From contig OZ059898.1 of the NCBI GenBank assembly GCA_964057225.1, forward strand, positions 4,898,001 to 4,962,000: 64,000 bases of DNA. Reading direction: 5' to 3'. The notes below the pieces were generated by a model, which saw only the letters and a program-made list of their open reading frames with translations, ran no database searches and was not told the origin of the DNA. This DNA is from Auanema rhodensis (Eukaryota > Animalia > Nematoda). Positions 53,201-64,000 of the stretch are shown in pieces. The number at the start of each line of letters is the position of its first letter. The first letter of the stretch is position 1. Position numbers and translations under genes: made by a program.

Positions 53201-55803
53201 CTATTTCAAGAATTCAACATGCAGCTTTTCATAAAGGAGCAATTCATCTACTTGAGCTGAACACCTCAATTATTCATTCGAGGGACATTTCAGATGCTGG
53301 ACCATTCTCCAATTGCGAGGTAAGCAAACTTCAGATTTCTACTTTACTGCACTAAAATGATACGCATTGTTGGCTAGATAACCCTACTAGAGAAACTATT
53401 ATGAACAGCAAATTTAGAAATCCAATTTTTTCGCTGGCCATGCATAAAAATCTTTCATTTGAAAAATAAGACTGAGAGAGAATTCCAAGGCTTCCAGACC
53501 TGTTTTAAAATAACAAACAGAAGACAAAAAATAACAGAGTGAACTCGCGAAGTTCCTATCTGAATCATTGCTTTGAAGTAAAATATATTAAAGCGTTTTA
53601 TATTGATATAAACAGCAAAACGGAAGAATTGCTCAGCTAAAATTCACAAATTTTTGCCAGCAGTGTGCGATGATAGAAGTTGCCGTGAACTTCAAAAACC
53701 AACAGAAAAGGAACAGAAAAGCAAACAAACTAGTTTACGATATAATAACAAAAAAAAGTTTAGAATATAAGACGCCTTGAATTAACCCCATTTTGAGCAA
53801 TTTTTAAGTAATTATGAGTATTTTAGGAATTAAGAAGCATAATTAACTGGAATACTATACATGTTAAAAAATAAAAATTCAAACTTATTTTTAAAAAAAA
53901 TCGTGAAACGAAATCAGCACATTTTTCTTCTTAAGAAGACATAGCGACTTTTTCAAAAGTCTGTCAACATGAGGAGAAACCGAACAAAAATGGTCAGAGG
54001 TGGCTTGATGCTCCTTCATCGTCTTTTTCAAAATGCTCTCACCATCCACGACCCTAGTTAACAAACATTCGGGTCCAAATCGCAAAGCTGAAGAATGAGA
54101 TTTCGATGAACAAACAACAACATAGAATTAAATGTTAAAATACCATACAATTCTTAAAGAAGAATGCATGCTTTTATAATTTACAGATTGGACAAGCAGT
54201 AATCAAAAATTGTGCATTCGAAGGAGAGAATATCAAATACTTTTTCCGTCATTTCGAACCAGTAAGTAACCTTATGATATAATTCAGAAAATTTTTCACA
54301 ATTAATTTTGAGGTACGCCTAACAATATCTAATTCGAATTTTGAATGTGTTCCAACCGATTGTGAATTCAATAGTATGATAATCAATCCACCGCAGCATC
54401 ATTTATTTTGGAAAATAGAAGGAAATACATGTAAAATTAAATCGAATCATACTACAGATCAGGTAAAAATTATAAAATGAATTGTTTTCTATAAGGTCGC
54501 ATTGGGAAATGACTCGTCATTGTAATTTCAAATTGTACGCAACAAGCGGTTGCATTCACCAAGTATTATTGACTCACAAATAAAATAAGCTTAAAAAAGA
54601 AATTCTGAATGAGTACCAGCGATTGTACAAAAGGTTTTATAGTTAAATAAATGTGAATTTCAGTTGTGCAAAGAGCCAAAAATTAGTGAATATGAAGGAG
54701 TTATATGTCGAGAAAATTGGGCAATTTCTGATTGTGAATGTATTAGTCCAGTCGTTTCCTTACCAACAGCGATAAAAACCACCGTTGCTGTCATAGGCGA
54801 TTGTGGAGAATTGGTAGTAAATACAACAGAAACTTTCGGTAAGTATATTTTTCGATTTGTTTGGGAAAAAACGAATAAAAGCTTGTGGTTTGGGCTATTG
54901 GATCACTCGATTGTTTTTTCAGCTTGTTTAATATATTGACATAATTTTCAAAAGTATATGAAAATTGTGGTTAAATATAAATATTCAATTTCAGAAACAG
55001 AAGGCATCAAACTTCTTTACATGTACAGAATAAAGAAAAATGAGTTAGTAAAATTGCCATCTAAGCTAAAAGTCTTAAGCATTTTCCATTCGAACATTAA
55101 TTTTAGGTAAATTTTACTAGTTTAGCTTAGCCTCTGATAAAACCTTTAAGATACGGTTCGTTGAAGCCAAGCAAGATAACCTCTATCGCAATTCAAAATA
55201 GTAAGCTAGTGGAGATGGAGAAAGGATCATTGGCCCATCTGACAATAGGCGTTTGGACAATGAAGAATATTTATCAAAGCGAAATGAGCGATGCAGCTCT
55301 AGAAGGAACAGTTATTGGTTATATCATTTATATAGATATCCTTTACTTTGAAATGTTTATAGGTACACTTTCAATAAATGGTAGTCGATTAGAATCGTCA
55401 GGGGCATTATTTAGGAAATCTCTTCATGTTCATATGGAAAATAGTTTATTATTCTCAGCTGATGGTATGACCTCTGTACGCTCAGCACATTTTGCTAATA
55501 ACACCATTCTATGTTGTTGTGGAACTGAAGGTAGGAAAGGTTTAGATTATTGTGAAATTCATGACAAACAAGAAAACTGTTTTTTCTCTCCAAATTAAGG
55601 CAATTAAACATCAAAATTGTTGTAACTTATTTGCAGAATGCTCAAGAACTGCTCTGAAGTGTGGACAGATTTTTCCTCAGACCCGCTGCTACCAAGCTAG
55701 CCGAATCATTCAACAAACATCTTCAAGTTCCTTGTTAAGTTTGGCTACCTTCATATTTCCAGCTTGGATGATTTCTTACGGATATATATTGTTAATAGCA
55801 TAA
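50253..55803 (+). CDS. Extracellular LRR / beta-helix surface protein with C-terminal hydrophobic (GPI or TM) tail
   Basis: Signal peptide, CPQQCLCSENNMVCSC cap, many I..I...AF repeats (including the 275-aa ORF 52528-53355), Cys-rich linkers and a hydrophobic C-terminus. Confidence 0.78.
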
Positions 55804-56974
55804 ATTGTACAATAACAACAAATGATTTAAAAAGAGCATACAAGCTTGGCGGTAAGGGAAGCAACAAACTAATCTAGAAATAAAAGAAAAATTCGATGTT
55901 CCCAACATAATAAAATGCGGGAAAGTTTATGTTGAAGGAATTTGACGAAGTGAACGTCCAACAGCTGGAATAGCATGAGTCATGATGCATTTGTTCGATG
56001 GTTGGGACAATTGAAGAAGAAGGGGGTAAGAGATATCGGCGAGAGGGTAAGACAAGCTAGCGCTGGAACATTTTGCTTAGGCTAGCCTTAATTGTAATAG
56101 AGAGCAGATGGTCATTGAACGGATATATAGAAGAAAGAGAATGAGTACCAATGTCCATGTATAGGATATATGACTGCTTAGGCTAGCTAAATGTGGGTCG
56201 TAGCTTTAGACTTCTGTGCATATAAATACGCCTCCAGGGTCAATCTGCCTAGGACGCTTAAGCTCTGAGAAAAATCATCTTTTCTAATCAAATATTTTGA
56301 TCATGTCAGGCCCTTATTCATTTTTCTATCCTCATTAAAAGCTACTTTAGTTCTTAGAATACATTTTGTAGGTCTATTCATCAAAATAGGGTCAATACGA
56401 CAGATTTGACTAGCCATGTAGTAGAATTAGAAATACAGCTTTATAACAATATTAAATAATTGAACGGAAACAATGTAAAATGTTTGGACATGCAACTATG
56501 AAGACATATATATTTATATATATATATATGTGATATTAAATATTCTTAGGAATAAACAATAAACTAGGAGAATGTTATATCAATTCTATAGAATATATAT
56601 TTGATAATAGATTATAAATTAAATTTTTTTAAAAGGGAAAAAAATAGAACTACGTTATTAAAGATTATTATGACAAACTACCCGTAATCACAAGGGTTCG
56701 CAAAGAGGCAAACGAAAACGTATGACCTTACAGGTTTGGTGAAAGGAAATTTCAAGGTTGGATGATCATTGAGCGAAGAGAAATAATTCGAATATTACCT
56801 TCTTCCTAAAAAAAGGCAACAACAACAATCTGTCAGATGCTGTTATTAATCTTATAATAAAGAAAAGAAGGAGGAAAAACTGAAAGAAGTTTAAGAAGCC
56901 GAACATCATAACGTTTTTGCACCGGATGATAAGGTATGTAACAAAATAAGAAATTAAAACTAATTAGCCCTATC

Positions 56975-59008
56975 TCAGTTGAAAATGTATAAAGTTATAG
57001 CTAAAAGCAGTAAAGGTGTATAACAAGCAGCTGTATCTGGCTCCTTTTCACGTTCTTCCATCATCCAGCCGTCTGCCTTCTCCTCTTCACGCTTGTGTTC
57101 GTAATTCGAATTATCTAGTGCTAAATAATGGTAATTATTAAACCTCTATAAAATAAATATAATTACTTTTTGTTTCATCGTCGTGATAGCTTTCTTCATC
57201 TTCTGGATCAATCATGTTTGTGTTCTGAAGACACAAAAATGAGAAAACAATAATAATACTTTCAGCTTACATCTTGGACCTGGTCTTCTCTTCGGGGTGG
57301 TGTATGATCCCAATAATCATCGCTATGGCTGTCCCTGAAACATGTAATAGAACAAATTCATTTCAAATCGCCTCTTACTCTTCTTCTTCTTTCAGATTGA
57401 TATTGTGTTCTTCAGCGGTTTGTTGGGCAGTGTTTTCTATCAGCTTCGTGAAGGCATCTTCACCTTCGCTACTAGTATTATCTTTCTCATTCTGTGCATT
57501 TTCCACTTGTTCTTCTGTATCATCTTCGGACACTGTTGTCTGATCCCACTCTTTTGTTGTTTTTTCTGTAGTCTGTCCCTCTTTCCAGTAATCTTCTTCT
57601 TCTTTTGGTTTTGTTTCGGCTGAAAAAAAAAACTTTAAATTAGTAAATTATAACCAAAGCAGCATAAGCAACCATATCACCGTGCGCAACAATTGAAAAT
57701 GATTTATGTTTTTATTCATTTTATATATTAGTTTTTATGTGTAAGCATATTTAAAGTTACCTTCATTACTCTTGTAATCCCAATAATCAGAATTATTATC
57801 TGGTTCCATATCTTCATCTTTCAGTTCCCCATCATCTACATGGTTCTGACTACTTTCGGCTACAGCGGTATGTGATTTTCTTTCTTCTTTCTCCTAATAT
57901 AAATTATAACATTACAATGCTCTAGTTAATGCCCATACTCTTTGCAACTGTTCCTGATATTGGCGTTGTTGTTCATCTCTTCTCCGCTGATCTTCTTGCT
58001 CACGATTTCGTAAAGCTTCTTCTTCTCGTTGTCGTTGCTGTGTTTCCATCTGTAATCTTCTCTGTGCCTCTTCTTCACGTCGTCGTTGTACTTCTTCTTC
58101 CTGTTGCTGACGCTTACGATGATACTCTCGTTCTAGCTCTTTACGTCTTTCCTCTTCTTTAGCACGACGTGCCATTTCGACAGCTCGCTCTTCTTCAAGG
58201 CGGCGACGTTCTGCCTTAAATAGTAAAATAAGTTGTGAAGTTAAATAAATTGACAGTATTACCTCTCGTCTACGAAGCTCCTCCTCTCGACGTTGCATTT
58301 CTACTTGTCTGGAATTTTCGGCTGATGACATAGTTGCAGGGACCTCTGGATGATACGACTGAACTTGTGGTTGCTCTTGTTTACGAAGTTGCTAAATTAA
58401 TCCACGGTGAAAAATTTGAAGAATTACAAAAAACAAAAATTTTGGTCAAGGCCGAACACTGGTTTGCTTACCTCCTCTTGCTGAATTTTCAACTCATATT
58501 GTCGACGTCGTTCAGCATTTTGCTGAGCTTCTTCTTTTCGGCGCCATTCATTCTCTCGTTCTCTCTGAGCCTCGATAGCTTCTCTCTCTCGTGCGCGAGC
58601 TTCTTCTGATAACAAAAAGATGTTAACTAGTAACTTTTTTTTAATGATATTTACCTGCTCTTCTCATTTCTTCGGCTTCTTGTTCTATTTTTTTACGTTT
58701 TGAAGGATCATCCCCAACTGGAAATTATACATAAAGACTTTATGAGTAATAGTTTGTAACGAACCTTGGTATTGACAACGATCACCTTCGTATACTCCCA
58801 TCAAGCAAATGCACGAATGAACGGACGGGTCTTCGAACGAGAAAGCACACATGCCACCGTTCAGACATCTGAGTTGAAATAATCAATTTTGATTCAAAAC
58901 AATTCAAACATACCTTATTTTACAATTTGACTGTGGAAATACAAGCCCAGAAGCCGCTTGAACATCAGATACTACTATAGAAAACAGTAGAAGTGATATA
59001 AGAATCAT
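56975..59008 (-). CDS. Secreted, likely GPI-anchored protein: one EGF-like domain, long E/R/Q-rich helix, acidic stalk
   Basis: Signal peptide MILISLLLFSIVVSDVQA; EGF domain CKIRCLNGGMC...CICLMGVYEGDRCQY; ER/K-type helix at about 57930-58700; C-terminal DTAACYTPLLLLAITLYIFN*. Confidence 0.8.
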
Positions 59009-62000
59009 TCTATTTAGTTTGAGAAATATATGGTTTAATATAGTTATTCTGTAAAAAGTAAGAGGTTAGGACTATATTAAGTATCAATAATTATGTAAAA
59101 ACGTGAAAAAAAACATAATAAAGGCTGTGGTCAGAGAAGTGGGTAATGCCAAGCAGTAGTCCAGCTGCTCGTGATAATTCTGAGGAGTTTGACCCGTGCC
59201 CCTGAGGCGTAATGTGGCAACAACAGTTGGTGTAAAGAGACAGAGAGCTAGTGAAGGATCTGTTAGAAGGAAGATCCGAAGAATAAGTGTGTATATGTGT
59301 TGATGAAAGTGATGGCAAGAAGAAGCTGCGCGGAGGGGATGGCAGAAGAGTAAAAGTGACCGAGTGAGATATTAAATGATGAAAGAGCAACACATCAACA
59401 GAAGAGAATAAGCTAATCAGGGTAACAACAAATGAAGCGATAGAGAAGAATAAGTGTTGGATTGACTGATATGACTCAATCGAATCATTGTGGCATTTTC
59501 TATGATAAGATGAATATTTAATATTATTGAATAACTTAAAATAATATTTGTAAGATATTCAAAGATGTTTGCTACTAGTTCCTGAGAAAATTTAGACAAA
59601 CAATAGAACATCAGTCGTTGAAATACAATATAGAAAAGAAAACTTATTTACTAAGAAGTATAATAACTTATAAAATGGGAATGAAATGCTGATAAACAAA
59701 ACATAGAAGAATATTTTATAATTATAGTGATATTCCTTCAATATCGAAGTTCATTCCAACAAGATAAAAATTTTTAATTTCATGGGAAGGCAAGGGCTAA
59801 TTGAAGACAAAAAGTTGGGAATGAAGCAAGAGAGAAAAGAAACAGACAGAACACAAAAAAGATCGAGAGGGACCTAAGTTATAGAAGAGAAAGAGTGAAT
59901 GGAAAAGCGGGAGTATTTAGAGAGAAAAAGACGATCGTGCCAAACCAATGAACAACTGTTCTTTGGGTGGCAATCCTCGGTGTGTATGTGTAGACGTCGC
60001 CAGAGAGTATTGAGACAATTGGTACAAGATAAATAACAAGATTCTATCTTCCATCAGATATTTTCAGAATATTTGTAAATAGCCTTTTGAGAAATAGGTG
60101 ATAACAATGCTATGTTCGTTCAACCCATATACAGAAATTGAATTAAGCTCAGGTATTATTAGCAGCTGAATATAAAATTTTTTGGGATAAGTAGTCGTTG
60201 CGAACCGGCTATTATAGTTTAGAGAGCAGTCAACCGTATCCATGGGAAATTAGAATCAGCTAAGTAGAATATTAATGCATATGAGATGGTTGAATGTTTA
60301 ACATTCTCAAGAAAATCAGATTTCACTAGCGGATAAATCAGTATATATAGTGTGAATTAAAGAATGATATATCTTCAAAAGATTTCGGAACAATAAAGAA
60401 CATTTTATAGACATATATGCGTACAACAAGTTGTATCATTACGAACTTTCCATAAAAAAGTGTAGCGTGGAATCATAAAACTGTTTAGTTGACAATTACC
60501 TGGGTATATAACCGGAAAGATGAAGAAACTAGTACAGTACGAGAGATAGAAGGTAATTGCCACGTGATGACTGAAAGCTTTAAGATCTCAGTTGACCTGA
60601 ACAGATATCGAGAAAACCGGCAATAATATTACCTTGCACCCCCCTCAATCCTATCATCTACGACAACCTTTGAGATATTGAGGGAGGAGAACGATTGTGG
60701 TAGAGAGAGAGAGGAAAAAGTTGCAGAAGGAGAGAGAGAGGAAGAGACAGGCAAATTTAAATCGACTTGGAGAGAATGAAGAGGGAGGGAAGGGAGTGAA
60801 CTACCTTTGCCACCAGCAGGCGGCACGAATTCAAAGGAGGTGAGCTGTTCGTCTGGTCACCACTTTACAACTTTCTCCTTGCCTCTTATAGTTGCCTTTA
60901 TCTTCTGCACCCTCTTTCCCTTTTAATCGCTTAATATATAATATAATAGCTGAGTTCTTTTCAACTGAGAAACTCCACACATTGATCATATCTTACTTTT
61001 TGGTTTCGATAGAATATCTGCTCAAGGTGGTCGAACTTGTTCTTTTCACACAAATTACGACATGGGAGAGCGAAACTGATACTTCGAAACACAAAAGATG
61101 ATGATAGTATGCTCAACATTTATGTAAAACTATATATAGATGATATAGTTATTGAAACTAAAATAATGAAAACTAGAAAAATTACGAAGTTCGGACGAAA
61201 GAAGTTAGAAGGAAGAATATCAAGATATGTATGTCTTACTAAAGTGCTCATTTTATTTTGATAGCCTCATAGAATGTGTACTGAATTTCTTGAAATACTT
61301 TAAATTGTTAAGCATAGTCTGTTTTATTTTAAACTTGTTTTTTCTTCATGTTCTCGTTTAAAAAATGTTGTGATGGAAATGATAAAAATTTCAAACAAAT
61401 GCCAAAAAACATTAATTAATCATTATAATTATTATGTATTGACAGATATTTCACGACATAGGTTAGTTGATGATCTACTTTTTTGTACTTTAGGTGGATC
61501 TTACACCTTTTGACCTCTGTGAAATTTCATATAACAAATGGCATAGAAAATTGAAGGGATGGGTCAACACTGGTCAATACAATCTAAGTACAAGACGTAA
61601 ATTCAAAAATAAGCTTAATAACATTATCTTCAAAAAATAAATAACATTAGATTGTCATACAATTTAAAGAATTTGAGCAGTTGTCATCTAAATATCGTTA
61701 TAATCAACATTGTCGTCAGCGTCATCATCGTCATCAAATTTTTTTGAGAGGTAAAAAAAGTAAAAAGCTGACAACTGTTATATAGCTCAGTTGAAACATC
61801 TTAACTAATTTACAAGAAACAGTGATAAATCATTGATTTTTTCATAGAAAACAAGAATATTTAAGGTATTAATGATATATTTTCTACCTTTCTTCTCTTC
61901 AATGTCAGGTATCAAACTACTCATAACCCAGAATGATGGCATATTCGATGCACATTCCCAGATGATTCATTCAATACTCTTGTATATTGGGCTATTTTTC

Positions 62001-62847
62001 TTATTTACAACAGAAAAAGACATAATGAAAGTGGTTATTAGAAAAAATCTTTTTTTTTCTTCCACTTTTTAATTTCAATTTTATGAAAGAAAGAAATGAC
62101 ATGAACAAATCTGAATATAGTGTAAAGAGAGGAATAGATTGCTATTGAATGGATAAGACATGAGTATAAATCATTTGTGTCTTACTGATCTGATGTTCAA
62201 TGATTCAGAAAAACAAATCTATAATAGAGTGTATGCCACATCAGAAAATTGGAAAAGAAAAAATAAAGATAAGTGATACACATTTATACATATGAACAAT
62301 ATTTATATATTAAATCTGGACAGATACTCAATGACTAGAAAGATAAGCAGAACTTTAAGAACATTTTTTCTTCATAAAGCTAACTTAAATGATTTATGAG
62401 AACTGAATTAACTTTTAAAAAATAAGAACAAATATATCAAAATAAGGCATAAAAACATATGATCTTACATGAAAAAAATTAAAGGAGAGCACTCTTGCAC
62501 ACAAGTCAATATATCCAAGGAATTAAAGCTTGAGTGACATGAAAGGAATCACCATATGATGTGTTCATTATCTGCTTTTCCGTATCGTAATTAGGATGTG
62601 ATGTCTAAGTAAAGCAGGGTTAACGAACCCAACAGTGTAGCCGCATTCAGATGGCTAGAAAGAGATAAGCAACATCTCTGTTTCAGATTTAAGAAGATTA
62701 TAGGCTCATTAAAATGCTATTCGACTTCACTTAGTTTGAAAGTAAAAAAATATTTTAACCAAAAGTGAATAAAATTAATAGAAACCATAGTTTAGTAAGA
62801 CATTTAAAACGTTTAAAAAGTTTATAATACACATCAACCTAATTACA

Positions 62848-62850
<3 letters not shown>

Positions 62851-62894
<44 letters not shown>
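62851..62894. repeat. (TA)n microsatellite
   Basis: About 22 consecutive TA units. Confidence 0.95.
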
Positions 62895-62896
<2 letters not shown>

Positions 62897-64000
62897 TGTA
62901 CAAGTTTTATGCAAAATTATGTGAATGTCTGCGTGTGAGTGTATGAGTGTCTTGCTTAGTATGTGTAACATTTCGCTTCAAGGTGTAGACTAATGGACAT
63001 ATGGTGAGCTTCCATCACTACATCTATAGTTCAGTGAATCATACAATTCTCCGAAGAAAATCCAAAGTAATAAAACCCAACATTACATCGTGGAAAAGAC
63101 AATATGAAACGAAAATCCTTGGATATGATTTATCTAGTAAGTGTCTGAAGTGTCAATATCGATACAATTTAAAAATATAATTAACTAAATAAAGATTTAT
63201 AAACAACATGATATGAAAATATTGCTTAATATTTCTAAATATCAATATCTCTCAGATGTCAATTGAATTATATTTTAGTTGACCAAGCGTACTAATCTTA
63301 TATTGAATCCTTTTTGAGTTAAAACATTGCCGACAACCCCCCGATTGAAATGCCAACTCAATTGCCATTTACGAATTTAAGTAGGTGATTTATAAATTTT
63401 AAGAAGACATTATTCTTCAAAGCTTCCCCGAGTCCTTGAATTTCCCCAAAATTAACCTAAAGTCGTAATAAGCTTCAAATATCCAATTGCTTGCTTTTCA
63501 CAGTATTAATAGCAGAAGCATGGGTCGAAACAACTCAAAAATCCTTTTTGAAAACATAGTCCAATATATCAATGTATTGTGTTTTATTTATTATTCATTA
63601 TTCATTATTCAGTCATTTTATCAATTCAAATCAAATTTTATTTTGTCAAGAACAACCAATGGAAATGAGCAACATTGTTAAACGAGACTTTAGGCAAAGT
63701 TGAGGCATCAAAAAAGTGACCAATCTTTTTTGAGCCAGCAACAAAGAGACAAAGAAAAAGGCATTTTAGATTCTACATGCACAGTTTATATGGTATAGAG
63801 AAGTTTGTTAATCAATTATGTTTGATTTGCCAATGTTCATGGCAAATTGACTAACACCGTCTACAGGTGAAAGCACATTGAGTCCTAGCAGTTTCCATTT
63901 CGTTAGGATCGTTACAACTGATGGAAAAGATTCGGCAAATGGATTCTGAAATTAAACTTAACACTTTAAAAAATAAACGACAAGGAGTCACCTCCGGCTA

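Noticed and set aside
53891-54090. Minus-strand ORF in an intron of the LRR gene
   Set aside because: I could not build a start-to-stop spliced model, and the peptide is not recognisable.
60808-60826. CTCF-like motif CCACCAGCAGGCGGCAC in a GA-rich island
   Set aside because: It is a single match, and CTCF is reported lost in this nematode clade. More likely ordinary promoter or enhancer sequence.
1-64000. CRISPR arrays, prokaryotic defence systems, transposases, horizontally acquired intronless genes, alternative genetic code
   Set aside because: I saw no repeat-spacer arrays, terminal inverted repeats or transposase/RT motifs. All recognised genes are intron-rich and translate with the standard code; the only in-frame stop, in daf-4, can be avoided by splicing.
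59050-64000. Short ORFs in the last 5 kb
   Set aside because: They are low-complexity AT-rich ORFs without coherent splice structure. The region looks like upstream regulatory or intergenic DNA.

Overview
Eukaryotic, very AT-rich, gene-dense genomic DNA from a nematode, most likely a compact-genome rhabditid (clade V). The basis is a C. elegans-like tRNA-Arg(ACG) and U5 snRNA, TTTCAG-type acceptors just upstream of start codons (consistent with SL trans-splicing), and many tiny introns of about 40-48 nt. The ORF track is therefore mostly misleading, and I assembled gene models by hand across introns. About 18 protein-coding genes are supported: a 47-aa two-exon micro-gene, a single-pass membrane protein with a long acidic tail, an aldo-keto reductase, plr-1 (RNF43/ZNRF3-like), a secreted Cys-rich protein, an orphan, nonu-1 (N4BP2-like), an Sds3-like gene, SLC25A26, JMJD4, a METTL21-family methyltransferase, a COMM-domain protein, daf-4, a basic SP/TP-rich orphan, a small secreted protein, mlh-1, pod-1, an LRR surface protein and an EGF/ER-K-helix GPI protein. 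There is also one U5 snRNA, one tRNA and several microsatellites. The most interesting observations are: (1) a U5 snRNA ending about 70 nt before the trans-splice site of the AKR gene; (2) miR-51/miR-100 seed sites found only in sense 3'UTRs, two of them in plr-1; (3) four GC-AG introns; (4) a daf-4 exon with competing donors giving either a 15-nt microexon or a stop-containing 48-nt exon; (5) a micropeptide gene preceded by an ATG-TAA start-stop. All assignments come from reading the sequence and recalled family motifs. No searches were run.
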